From NCBI GenBank assembly GCA_964644105.1, contig CAZXVX010000001.1, positions 1,909 to 65,908 on the forward strand: 64,000 nt of DNA. Direction: 5' to 3'. Position numbers and translations under genes: made by a program. This document shows, in pieces, positions 38,071 to 47,687 of the stretch. The stretch's first letter is position 1. Each line of letters opens with the position of its first letter. Source of the DNA: an uncultured Terracidiphilus sp. Lineage in GTDB: Bacteria > Acidobacteriota > Terriglobia > Terriglobales > Acidobacteriaceae. Below the pieces are notes generated by a model. It did not search any database, was not told the origin of the DNA, and saw only the letters and a program-made list of their open reading frames with translations.

Positions 38071-39996
38071 CTAGAATCTGACCATGATTGCCATTATGGT
38101 TGAGGTCTGGTTTGTACGTAGATCCGGCCACCAAAGATTGCTTAAAGATCCAGCTGGAGCCCCATTGCCCAGGTTCTGACTGAAGCAGGAAGCAATGGCC
38201 TGTGCCTGACCTGTCGAATACACTCCAACTCCTGTACCGGAAGGAACATAGCCGGCTCCCGAGTCGCCTCCAGCAGCACATTGATAGTCTGCTGCATTGC
38301 CGTTATTGCCGCCTGGAGGCGTGATGCCGCCGTGACCAGTCCAGTATGGAACATTGGAGTACCGATAGCTCTCTTCCAGTCGGAAAGTAATGAACTGGCT
38401 GGGCATATAATCGAAAGTGATAGTGCCATCATGCATCTTTGACTGATCGCCTCCGTTTTCAGTAAAGTATGGAGTGCCGGTGGTTGCCGTAGCGCCATTG
38501 ATCGGCGGCAGCAGGGTCAGGTAACGTCCAGGGTTGCTCATCTGTCCGCCTCCCAGTGTGATTGCATACAGATCCTTTTTGAACCAGAAGCGCCCATAAG
38601 TCATCCAGCCTTCAAAATCCTGCTTGGGGCGACCGTTCTTATCGTTGTGGCAGTTGACACCTCCCGCGTAGGTTGATCCCGTACCTGTCTCGGGAGTCGC
38701 TCCTGTGGGACTAAAACTTGTCACGCCGTTTCCCGCGTAAGCGGCAGGACCACCGCCGTATTCGCAGCCAAGATCGCCGGTAACTGTAAATGCAGCTTTG
38801 TCGAAGAACTGCTTTGGTTTGTCATAGACTTTGACCTGAGCGCTATAGTCTGCGTGGATGCGCGAACGCCCAGGATAGCCTGCATCGTCTTCGCCCATTC
38901 CATAATCATTAAAGACAAAATCCAAAAACGGCTTGGGACGATAGAGAATTTGTCCACCCAGCCCCGGCTTGCTGTTATAGCGCGCATACGATTGCCAGCC
39001 GTTGATGATCCACGGCTCGATCTTAAGCTTCTCCGTGGGCCACCATTGGATGCGCACACCATTGAAGAACCACGGCGTATTAGACGAGACAAACGAAGGC
39101 TGATACGCCCAGTTATCAAAGTTGTAATAACTGAAGAGGCCTATGTAGGAAACAAAAATGCCGGCATCCACATTCAAGCCGTGATTTACATCCCAATGAT
39201 ATCCCCCCCACGCCTCGGAAAAATATCGGTAGGCATTGGCCAGATTCCACTGCCCACGGTTATAACTCGAATCGTTGCGTGGCGTGGTTGTTGCGAAGAG
39301 GCCATCCATGGTGAGAATGCGCCCGCGGACATTGTCGACGCGAATGTCGCCGCCAACGCTCACCTGCTCCAATTGCCACTCATCGGAGCGGAACATCTCC
39401 GTCGATCCGCCCATCGAGTCGTCGATAGGATGGTTATAGTCCAGAATGTAGTTCGCATCGAAGCGAATCTCCGGCGTGAAGTATTTGGTGGACATCGGAC
39501 TATCGACAGCGTGCCCGTTGCTGTTCAGCCATGTCCAGTCACCGGGCATTGGTGATGACTTTGTGAGCCTCTCCGCGCTGATCTCTGGCGCCGCGGCAGG
39601 TGCGGGCGCCGGCGCTGGCGCTGGTAGAGGTGTCGCAGAAACTGGCGTCGTTTGCGTCAACAGCTCTGGACTTCCGTTCGTAACTGCTCCCACTGCGGTG
39701 CGCATTGCACCAGCGCTTTGTTCGGCGCTTTCTGTTGCCTCCAGTTCCGCGATTCTGGCCTTTAATTCATTCAATTCCTTGAGGACCGCATCGTGACTGG
39801 CCGAGACCGCGACAGAAGCGGGTGCGGCTGCAGTTGGCGTTGGCGGCACGATTGCATCCGCGGCCGGATGCTCCATCATGGCAGTTTGACTGGGAGTTGC
39901 GCTCGTTGCTGACTGCTGCGCCTGAGACATCAATGGCGCTACACTGCAAAAGAATAGGGCGTTTGCGGCAATGGCTTTCCAGAAAATTGTTCTCAT
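38071..39996 (-). CDS. Outer-membrane beta-barrel porin (BBP2/OmpL-like), paralog 2
   Basis: Barrel region nearly identical to paralog 1, also ending AIMVRF. Likely start MRTIFWK after a GAGAGG RBS. Confidence 0.8.
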   Translation of the reverse strand: MRTIFWKAIAANALFFCSVAPLMSQAQQSATSATPSQTAMMEHPAADAIVPPTPTAAAPASVAVSASHDAVLKELNELKARIAELEATESAEQSAGAMRTAVGAVTNGSPELLTQTTPVSATPLPAPAPAPAPAAAPEISAERLTKSSPMPGDWTWLNSNGHAVDSPMSTKYFTPEIRFDANYILDYNHPIDDSMGGSTEMFRSDEWQLEQVSVGGDIRVDNVRGRILTMDGLFATTTPRNDSSYNRGQWNLANAYRYFSEAWGGYHWDVNHGLNVDAGIFVSYIGLFSYYNFDNWAYQPSFVSSNTPWFFNGVRIQWWPTEKLKIEPWIINGWQSYARYNSKPGLGGQILYRPKPFLDFVFNDYGMGEDDAGYPGRSRIHADYSAQVKVYDKPKQFFDKAAFTVTGDLGCEYGGGPAAYAGNGVTSFSPTGATPETGTGSTYAGGVNCHNDKNGRPKQDFEGWMTYGRFWFKKDLYAITLGGGQMSNPGRYLTLLPPINGATATTGTPYFTENGGDQSKMHDGTITFDYMPSQFITFRLEESYRYSNVPYWTGHGGITPPGGNNGNAADYQCAAGGDSGAGYVPSGTGVGVYSTGQAQAIASCFSQNLGNGAPAGSLSNLWWPDLRTNQTSTIMAIMVRF

Positions 39997-40257
39997 TCGG
40001 CCTCTCGCTTTCGTCATGGATTTGATTTCGAAATTCATAAGCATTTTGATTTGATTTCGTAAACAATTCACGGGTAAGTGCGATTGGAATCAGGCCCGCT
40101 TTCAGACCCGATTTTGTTATAGGCTCAAAAGGGTAAAGGCTTGATTCGATGGGCTGGAATTTCGTCGCCCGAATCAACTTATTTAGACAATATGATAAGC
40201 GCCATAAAGATCATATGTGTGTTTATAAACAAAGTTATGAGTTATAAATGATAATTA

Positions 40258-40290
40258 CATAAGCAAGTCATGAAGATATATCTTTAAGAT
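40258..40290 (-). promoter_or_regulatory. 11-bp-spaced CATAAG/CATGAAG motif upstream of porin 2
   Basis: CATAAGC at 40258 and CATGAAG at 40269, plus CATAAAG at 40203, in an AT-rich divergent promoter region. Confidence 0.45.
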
Positions 40291-40467
40291 CGGGTTTGCG
40301 ATTATTCCGGCAAGGTAAATTATGCATATGCGCATTGTTTTCTCGGACTTTATTTTTATTGCGCGGTCTTTATTATTCATTTATGTCTTCGGCAATAGTA
40401 TCGCGTATATCAGTACTTGTCATGAATGAGTCGCTGATAGCGCGGCAATAATGGATCGGAGAACCAA

Positions 40468-41229
40468 ATGCTAAAAAGCCCATGTCTTTATGCCCTCCTG
40501 GCGTTTGCTTCGATTGCAGTGTGGGCGCAGGATACTGTTGCCACGAGCGCACATTTCCATCAGATCCCTGATCGAGACGGCATCTATTATGTTGGACCCG
40601 AAGTCGCTTCGCCCCAGCTAATTCGCACCGTATATGTACTTTACCCAACTGGTGTGCCTGTTCGGAATGTTCAGGGCATGACCGTATTGGCCATGGTCAT
40701 CGGCACCAACGGCGTTCCGGCGAACATTCAAGTTCTTCACTCGCATGGGGAAGCCTTTGACCAAGCCGCCACCCTGGCGGTTAAGCAATCAGTTTTTCAA
40801 CCGGGAACGCTGGCTGGAAAGCCTGTTCCTGTCTGGATCGATGTGCGGGTCGTCTTTCGTGCCAATCACAGCCCAACTACGCCGGAGATTCTCATCGCCG
40901 AGAGAGACCTTGCACCGCCCTCTGAATCGCAGATTCTGGACAAGCATCATCAGCCATTAAGTTACACTGCGCCTTTTGTGATCCATTCGGTAGACGCGGA
41001 CTTTGCCGATCCCTTTACCAAGCATCCTTATGTGCAAGTTGCATGGGTCACCGTTCTGGTGGGCGTGGACGGATTGCCAAAAGAGGTCCGCGTGAGGCGC
41101 GGGCTTGGATTTGGCCTTGATCAGAAAGCCGAAGCCGCTGTCTGGCATTACAAGTTCCTACCTGCCACAAGAAAAGGAGTGCCCATCGAGGCGCGCGGAG
41201 ATATCCAGGTTGAATTCGCAAAATTCTGA
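40468..41229 (+). CDS. TonB family protein with two TonB C-terminal domains
   Basis: GMTVLAMVIGTNG...FQPGTLAGKPVPVW and VLVGVDGLP...GLGFGLDQKAEAAVWHYKFLPA..GVPI. Confidence 0.85.
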   Translation: MLKSPCLYALLAFASIAVWAQDTVATSAHFHQIPDRDGIYYVGPEVASPQLIRTVYVLYPTGVPVRNVQGMTVLAMVIGTNGVPANIQVLHSHGEAFDQAATLAVKQSVFQPGTLAGKPVPVWIDVRVVFRANHSPTTPEILIAERDLAPPSESQILDKHHQPLSYTAPFVIHSVDADFADPFTKHPYVQVAWVTVLVGVDGLPKEVRVRRGLGFGLDQKAEAAVWHYKFLPATRKGVPIEARGDIQVEFAKF

Positions 41230-41379
41230 TTGTTTGCACCCACAAACTTGCGGAACAAATGTCATGGCGCATGGGCTTTCAAATTCGAGCTGCTGAGCGT
41301 CTTTGCCAAAGAATTCGTTGGGCATCGAGGGCTTTCGGGAGGTTGGCTGGTGAGAGTGTAAATGGGTTGGAACTTTGCC

Positions 41380-42828
41380 TTAATGCAACGCCGCATCGCT
41401 TTGTTCAACAGGCGCTCTATTCACTGAGACTACCGATTCGGCCCGCTCCAGCGAAAATGAAAAGCAGCTTCCGTGTCCTGGCTTGCTCACTACACACAAC
41501 TCCGTTCCATGGCGGTCGGCAATCCAACTGCCGAGAGCCAGTCCCAGGCCGGACCCTGCGGGAGCTGTTGCTTTGGCAGCAGCGACGCGGTAAAAGCGAT
41601 CGAAGATTTTCGTTTGATACTCAGGTGGGATGCCGATGCCAGTATCCGTCACGGAAAGATTAACGCGGTTCCCTTCAGCTTTAGCGAGCAATGTAACCGC
41701 ACCCCCCGGCGGGGTAAATTTGGCGGCGTTCTCCAGCAAAATGGATAGCAGCCTGGGGAGCAGAACTTCGTCGCCGAGCAGAGCCAGATTGGCTGAGTCG
41801 CACTGGACGTGAAAATCAATCAACGCACGATCCATTGCGTGCTTCCAGAAACCGGCGGCCTGGTGAATCAATTTTTCAACAAGAATCGGTTTGAGAGCGA
41901 CGGTCTCCGCTCCTCCATCGGCGCGCGCCAGCGATAAAAGATCCTCGATCAAATTGGTCATTATTATGGTTTCACCATGCAGGCGGTCGAGGATGGCGCA
42001 GTATTGGCCGGTGTCGCGCGGCCGCATCAAAGCTACTTCAATCTCGGTGCGCAGCAGTGAGATGGGTGTGCGCAGTTCGTGCGAGGCGTTGCCGGTGAAG
42101 GTGCGCACACTTTTGAAAGCCTTGTCGATGCGTTCAAGCATTTGATTGAGGGTGCGGGATAAGTCGGAGATTTCGTCCTTTGCGCTGGGAACGGGCAGAC
42201 GAATATCGAGGTTGCGATCGTTGATGAGGCGCGCTTCGGCGGCGATAGCGGCAATTGGATTAAGCGCCCTGCGGCTCATGAAATAGCCGGCCAATGAAGA
42301 TGCGATCAGGCCAATGGTAATCAAAACAAAGAGTTGTATGCGAAAATTCGAAAGAACAGACACGGTCTTGGTGAGAGTCAGGCCGGTTTGCACGGTGTAA
42401 CGAACGCCATGAACTTCAATCACCTCGATCAACGCGCGAACGGAGATGGACTCTGCCGTATAGGTAAAATAGGAGCTATTCCGCGCAACCTGTTGGGGCA
42501 GCGCAAGCGTTGGAAACGCCTCGGCGACATGCGGCGAGCGATAAATCCAGTTTCCGTTTTCATCAATTACCTGCAGCCACTTGTTGCCGTGACTGACGTT
42601 GTAATCTGCGGTGATTTCTTCGCGCAGTTGAACGCTTGTTTCTCCCAGCGGACGACTCTCGATGAAGCGGCGAACACTGCGGACGCGCTGCTGCAGTTCT
42701 TCGCTTTCAAGATCGTTGATGGCGCGATGCACCATCCACAACGCGGCGCAGCCAATGGCAAACATGGTCACCGAAACGGCCAGCGAGTACCAGAGCGTTA
42801 ACCGCACGCGGATGGGCAAAGCTCTCAT
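41380..42828 (-). CDS. HAMP-containing sensor histidine kinase (CusS/CzcS-like)
   Basis: IRVRLTLWY, HAMP DEISDL, ASHELRTP, NAAKFT and GSGLGL. Confidence 0.93.
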   Translation of the reverse strand: MRALPIRVRLTLWYSLAVSVTMFAIGCAALWMVHRAINDLESEELQQRVRSVRRFIESRPLGETSVQLREEITADYNVSHGNKWLQVIDENGNWIYRSPHVAEAFPTLALPQQVARNSSYFTYTAESISVRALIEVIEVHGVRYTVQTGLTLTKTVSVLSNFRIQLFVLITIGLIASSLAGYFMSRRALNPIAAIAAEARLINDRNLDIRLPVPSAKDEISDLSRTLNQMLERIDKAFKSVRTFTGNASHELRTPISLLRTEIEVALMRPRDTGQYCAILDRLHGETIIMTNLIEDLLSLARADGGAETVALKPILVEKLIHQAAGFWKHAMDRALIDFHVQCDSANLALLGDEVLLPRLLSILLENAAKFTPPGGAVTLLAKAEGNRVNLSVTDTGIGIPPEYQTKIFDRFYRVAAAKATAPAGSGLGLALGSWIADRHGTELCVVSKPGHGSCFSFSLERAESVVSVNRAPVEQSDAALH

Positions 42829-43517
42829 CGCTCCTCCTTGGGAGCATAGCGGAATCGTCTAAAACGATAACCGCAGCCACGCACGGTCACAATCAGCTTC
42901 TTGCCGTTTGGCGCATCGATCTTGGAGCGCAGGGAATTCATCAATACATCCAGAGCCGTGCCTCCAACCTCATGATCCTTGCCCCAAACAAAATCCATCA
43001 GCGCCTGACGGGGGACGCACTGGTCCATACTTTGCACGAGGCGCGCAAGTAGTTGATACTCCAGGCGTGTAAGCTCGATTAACTTGCCGTCGCGCGAGAC
43101 CGTGCGCCGCATTGGATCTATCACCAGATCGCCGGCATGAATCGTTTCTTCCGCATGTCCACGCCGCCGAGTGATGGTCTGCAAGCGCGCCACTAACTCA
43201 GGAAATGAAAAAGGTTTGGTCAGATAGTCGTCCGCGCCTACATCCAACCCGCGAATAATCTCATCTTCGGTGTCGCGCGCGGTCAGCATCAGTACCGGGG
43301 TGCGGCAACCACCCGTACGCAAGGCATGCATCAACGCATAGCCATTCATCTTGGGCAAGCCAATGTCGAGCACAATTGCGTCCAGTTTGTGCGCCGTGGC
43401 CATCGCCAGTCCAGTTTCGCCGTCTGAGGCCGTCATCACGGTAAAACCGCTTTCATAGAGGCCTTTTCCGAGCAGTTCCAGCATGCGCGGCTCGTCTTCA
43501 ATGATCAAAATCAGCAT
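42825..43517 (-). CDS. OmpR family response regulator
   Basis: ILIIEDE, VLMLTARD, GADDYLTKPF and TVRGCGY. Confidence 0.93.
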   Translation of the reverse strand: MLILIIEDEPRMLELLGKGLYESGFTVMTASDGETGLAMATAHKLDAIVLDIGLPKMNGYALMHALRTGGCRTPVLMLTARDTEDEIIRGLDVGADDYLTKPFSFPELVARLQTITRRRGHAEETIHAGDLVIDPMRRTVSRDGKLIELTRLEYQLLARLVQSMDQCVPRQALMDFVWGKDHEVGGTALDVLMNSLRSKIDAPNGKKLIVTVRGCGYRFRRFRYAPKEER

Positions 43518-43639
43518 AGTTGCCTATCCTCCAGCCTAACGCGAAGTTGATCGAATGAACTCACTTCAAGCGCATATTCACGATACATTCATCCAATCGT
43601 AAAAATAGCGCATCCAATCTTAGGTTTTTTTCACTGCAT

Positions 43640-43670
43640 TGTTAACAAGCGTTTAACAAAGCGTCTTAAA
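43640..43670 (+). promoter_or_regulatory. TTAACA direct repeats at 11-bp spacing (OmpR/PhoB-type box)
   Basis: TTAACA at 43642 and 43653, between the divergent response regulator and TonB-dependent receptor genes. Confidence 0.45.
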
Positions 43671-43744
43671 GTTCATCCTGTAGCCAGCCAGAGACCAACC
43701 CTGTTTTGCGCGGAAGAGCATCTCCGGCTGTGCGAGGAGACCTT

Positions 43745-46597
43745 ATGAAACGCTTGTTGTTTTTATCGTTCCTGATGCTGCTGATCGGTGCGCAGTCTGG
43801 ATATGCACAGTCAACCAAGGGCGCAGTTTCCGGGCATGTCACGGACACAACCAACGCCATTATTCAGAATGCCAGAATAGAACTTGCGCCAACAGGCTTG
43901 TCCGCGAAAACGGATTCGGCGGGTGATTTCACTTTCACCGCAGTTTCCCCGGGAAGTTATATTTTGCAGGTCACGTGTCCGGGATTCACGGCAACGACGA
44001 AAGACGTAACGATCGTCGCGGGACAGACCCTTCATCTGGATATTTCCATGACCGTGGCCGCGGGAAACGAACAGGTGATGGTCTCAGCCGAGACTGGCCA
44101 AAACCAGTTGCAGGCGATCAATGAAGAGATGGAGGCGCCAAACATTGTGCAAGTGATGCCGGAGAGCGAGATTGTGTCATTGCCCAATGCCAACGTTGCT
44201 GACGCGGTCGGCCGCATGCCAGGCGTTACATTGCAGCGCGATGAGGGTGAAGGCGTTTATGTTCAAGTACGCGGCCTTGATCCACGCTTTACCAATCTGA
44301 CCATCGATGGGGTAACGGTTCCGTCGCCTGAGTCGGCCATTCGTCAGGTCAATCTGGCTACGATTCCATCCGATATGATTCAGTCGATTGAGCTGAACAA
44401 AACGCTTTCCGCCAATCAGGACGCGGACGGCATCGGCGGATCAGTAAACTTGGTTACGAAAATGGCAGGCGAAGCACCGACCATCAACGTGGGCGCAACG
44501 CTCGGGGTTACGCCGATTGAAGGGGACCGCTACGTTGGCAAGGTGGACACCACGCTGGGCAAGCGCTTTGGCGCCAACAAACGATTTGGTTTGATCCTGG
44601 GCGCGGGATACGATTACAACGGTCGCGGCATCAATGACATTGAGCCGGCGCCGGATGTGAACCCCGACGGCAGCGCGAATCCCTACTATGACGGCGTTAC
44701 ACTGCGCGATTATCGCTACAAGCGGTTGCGTTATGGCGTAACCATGGGCGCGGATTACAAAGCCAATGAACATTCGACTTTCGCCGCGCATCTATTACTG
44801 TCCGATTTCAAAGACTGGGGCGACAAGTGGTACTACGGAATCAACACGAATGACAAGCCGAAGTATTATGAATCAAGCCGCAAGCCGGATTTCGCCATCG
44901 GCAGCCTATCCGTGGATGGAAGCCACATCTACAACAGATTCTGGGTGCAGTGGGGTTCGGCTGTCTCGCGTTCGCGCGAACTGAATGCCGGAGGAAATCC
45001 AGAAATCAAATGGTCTACTGCCAAGGCTCTGAAAAATTATGACATTGCCAATTGTAACTATCTTGGCACGAGTTCCAAAAGCATCTATCTGCCGCAGTGG
45101 TCTGCCGCCTGCATGCAGCCGAATGCCACTCCCGCGGACGATACCTTTACGCTTTCAAATTACACGATGAGCGAATTCATCACCACTACCGGACAGGGAG
45201 TTCAGTTGAATTTGCAGGAGTGGGGCAGCCTGGGATTGAATTATCATCTTGGCGCGCACCCATCCACGCTGGAGTTCGGCGGAGAACTTCGCAATGCCCA
45301 CAAATTCCAGTATGCATGGACGCCGAGTTACGACTATAACGGCTCCGTGACCGCCGATCAATTTCAAAACGGATTCAACGATACCGGTTACTATAACGGG
45401 AATTATCACATGGGTCCGGTGACCGATTACGACCGAATCAACAGTTATTATTTGGCCAATCAGAATCTCTTCTCGCTGGATGTGAATGACACCCACTTCA
45501 GCTCTGATCCGGCGAACTTCAACCTGGTGGAGCGCGTCTCGGCCGGTTACGTCATGAATACCATCAACTGGAACAAATTCCGGCTTCAGACGGGTTTGCG
45601 TCTGGAAACAACCACGCTGCGGACTCTTGGATATGTGGTCAATCAGGATGCGAATCAGAATTGGATCTCTGATAGTCCGGTCGCAACAAATGGAAGTTAC
45701 TGGGATCCGCTGCCAAGTATTCAGGCGCGTTATTCTTTTTCAAATTCGACAAACATCCGCGCGGTTTATGCGCGTGGCATCTCCCGGCCCAATCCCTACG
45801 ATCTCATTCCTTACGTCAGCATCAATGATGGCGGCAATCCGGCCATCACGGTAGGCAATCCGAATCTTTTGCCAACGCACGCCAATGATTTTGATCTTCT
45901 CTTCGAGCATCAATTCAAACCGCTTGGATTGCTGGCTGGTGGATTGTTCTACAAACAGCTAACTAATCCGATTTTCGCGCAATATACGCAGATTCCCGCA
46001 ACCTCACCGTATGCTGGAACCTCCGGACAATCGATTGATATTCAATCGCAAAACGTAAACGGTTCCGGCGCGCACGTTTCCGGCGCGGAGATCGACTGGC
46101 AACAGCAGTTTTCGATGCTGCCCGGCGGCTTCAGCGGATTGGGAATCAATGTGAATTACACTTTCACTACATCCGACACCGAGGGCGTACCGGGCCGCAC
46201 GGATAATCCGGCGCTGGTGGGCCAAGCGAAAAGCTCCTACAATGTGCAGCCCTCTTACGAATACAAGCGTTACTCCGCTCACCTGGGCGTCAGTTACAAC
46301 GGCGCGAACATTTACGCTTACCAGTACATCAACAATCTTCCCGCGGGAAGCGGCTTGAACTCACCAGGACCATTGAACGGACCTTTCGGCGATAACTACT
46401 TCTACCCGCACTTGCAGATTGACGCGCAGGCAAGCGTGAGGCTCTATCGCAATCTGAAGTTGGATTTGAATGGACTCAACCTCAACAATGAAGTCTTTGG
46501 CTTTTACAATGGCAGCGAGCAATACATGACGCAGCGAGAATTCTACAAGCCGACTTACAGCGCCAGCCTGCGCTGGACCTCTAACCAAAAGAAATAA
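43745..46597 (+). CDS. TonB-dependent receptor with carboxypeptidase-regulatory-like N-domain
   Basis: AGGAG RBS, signal peptide, plug LPNANVADAVGRMPGV..DEGEG.YVQVRG, GGSVNL, GNPNL.P and NLNNE. Confidence 0.93.
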   Translation: MKRLLFLSFLMLLIGAQSGYAQSTKGAVSGHVTDTTNAIIQNARIELAPTGLSAKTDSAGDFTFTAVSPGSYILQVTCPGFTATTKDVTIVAGQTLHLDISMTVAAGNEQVMVSAETGQNQLQAINEEMEAPNIVQVMPESEIVSLPNANVADAVGRMPGVTLQRDEGEGVYVQVRGLDPRFTNLTIDGVTVPSPESAIRQVNLATIPSDMIQSIELNKTLSANQDADGIGGSVNLVTKMAGEAPTINVGATLGVTPIEGDRYVGKVDTTLGKRFGANKRFGLILGAGYDYNGRGINDIEPAPDVNPDGSANPYYDGVTLRDYRYKRLRYGVTMGADYKANEHSTFAAHLLLSDFKDWGDKWYYGINTNDKPKYYESSRKPDFAIGSLSVDGSHIYNRFWVQWGSAVSRSRELNAGGNPEIKWSTAKALKNYDIANCNYLGTSSKSIYLPQWSAACMQPNATPADDTFTLSNYTMSEFITTTGQGVQLNLQEWGSLGLNYHLGAHPSTLEFGGELRNAHKFQYAWTPSYDYNGSVTADQFQNGFNDTGYYNGNYHMGPVTDYDRINSYYLANQNLFSLDVNDTHFSSDPANFNLVERVSAGYVMNTINWNKFRLQTGLRLETTTLRTLGYVVNQDANQNWISDSPVATNGSYWDPLPSIQARYSFSNSTNIRAVYARGISRPNPYDLIPYVSINDGGNPAITVGNPNLLPTHANDFDLLFEHQFKPLGLLAGGLFYKQLTNPIFAQYTQIPATSPYAGTSGQSIDIQSQNVNGSGAHVSGAEIDWQQQFSMLPGGFSGLGINVNYTFTTSDTEGVPGRTDNPALVGQAKSSYNVQPSYEYKRYSAHLGVSYNGANIYAYQYINNLPAGSGLNSPGPLNGPFGDNYFYPHLQIDAQASVRLYRNLKLDLNGLNLNNEVFGFYNGSEQYMTQREFYKPTYSASLRWTSNQKK

Positions 46598-46608
46598 GTC
46601 AACCAATC

Positions 46609-46645
46609 AACGGGCGTCTTGGGACTCTTAGGACGCCCGTTTCTT
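46609..46645 (+). terminator. Rho-independent terminator-like hairpin
   Basis: AACGGGCGTC ... GACGCCCGTT followed by TCTT. Confidence 0.6.
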
Positions 46646-46670
46646 AACCACTTGAATTTTGGATGAAAAT

Positions 46671-47687
46671 ATGAAAAAAATCTTTGCTCTTTGCCTTTTT
46701 TTCAGCTTTGCCGCCTCTTATGCGCAATCCACGCTGCCGTTGGTTCTTAACCGCACGATTGGGCTTCCTGGCGCCTCAACCAAATTCGATCACTTGGCGA
46801 TTGATGAAGAGGGCAACCGCCTCTTTGTTGCCGCAACTGGTGCTCATGCGGTAGAAGTGATTGATCTGAAGACAAACATGGTTCTGGAGATCATCACCGG
46901 CCTCGGCAAGCCTCATGGACTGGCTTGGGATGCGGCCACCGGCTGCCTTTACATGGCCGACGGCGCGCTGGGCGAACTCCGCGTATACAAAGGGGCGCCG
47001 CTGTCTCTAGCCGGAACCATCAAGCTTTCGGAAGACGCCGACGATATGGTTTTCGACGAGGCTCATCACCTGCTGTTTGTGGGCCATGGAACCGGCGAAG
47101 CCGCCACACCAGCAGAAGTTGCCGTAATCGATACGCGCCGCTTTCGCCTGCTGGCGAATCTTCCTGTCGCCACGCATCCCGAGGCGCTGGAGATTGATAC
47201 GAAGAGCCAGCGCGTCTTTGTGAATGTCGCCGAGTCTAATGAAGTTGCGGTCATCGACACAAAGACGAAAGCGATCACCGCGCATTGGAAGCTGACCAAA
47301 GCGGCTGACAATGTCCCATTGGCCTTTGACGGGATGGACCAACTGCTCTTTGTGGCCTGCCGCAAGCCAGGAATGCTGATTGCTCTCGATGCAAAAACCG
47401 GCAAGGAAGTGACTAGTTTGCCTTCCGCAGCCGGAGTTGACGATCTCTTTTATGACTCTGCACTGCGTCGCGTCTATTTGATCAGCGGCACAGGCGAGGT
47501 GGATGCTTTTCAAGTGGACGCCTCGAAAACGCTGCACTCGCTGGGCGTGGTGCAGACCGCGGCGGGGGCCAAGACGGGCCTCTACGCCCCCGCGCGGAAT
47601 CTGCTTTACGTGGCCGTGCCGGGCGCCGATGGCCATGCGTCGGAAATCAGAGTCTATGCAACCGTCAAGAATGGAATCACTCAATGA
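46671..47687 (+). CDS. YncE family beta-propeller protein
   Basis: Signal peptide, KFDHLAID...LFVA, DADDM and repeated VAVID blades. Confidence 0.85.
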   Translation: MKKIFALCLFFSFAASYAQSTLPLVLNRTIGLPGASTKFDHLAIDEEGNRLFVAATGAHAVEVIDLKTNMVLEIITGLGKPHGLAWDAATGCLYMADGALGELRVYKGAPLSLAGTIKLSEDADDMVFDEAHHLLFVGHGTGEAATPAEVAVIDTRRFRLLANLPVATHPEALEIDTKSQRVFVNVAESNEVAVIDTKTKAITAHWKLTKAADNVPLAFDGMDQLLFVACRKPGMLIALDAKTGKEVTSLPSAAGVDDLFYDSALRRVYLISGTGEVDAFQVDASKTLHSLGVVQTAAGAKTGLYAPARNLLYVAVPGADGHASEIRVYATVKNGITQ

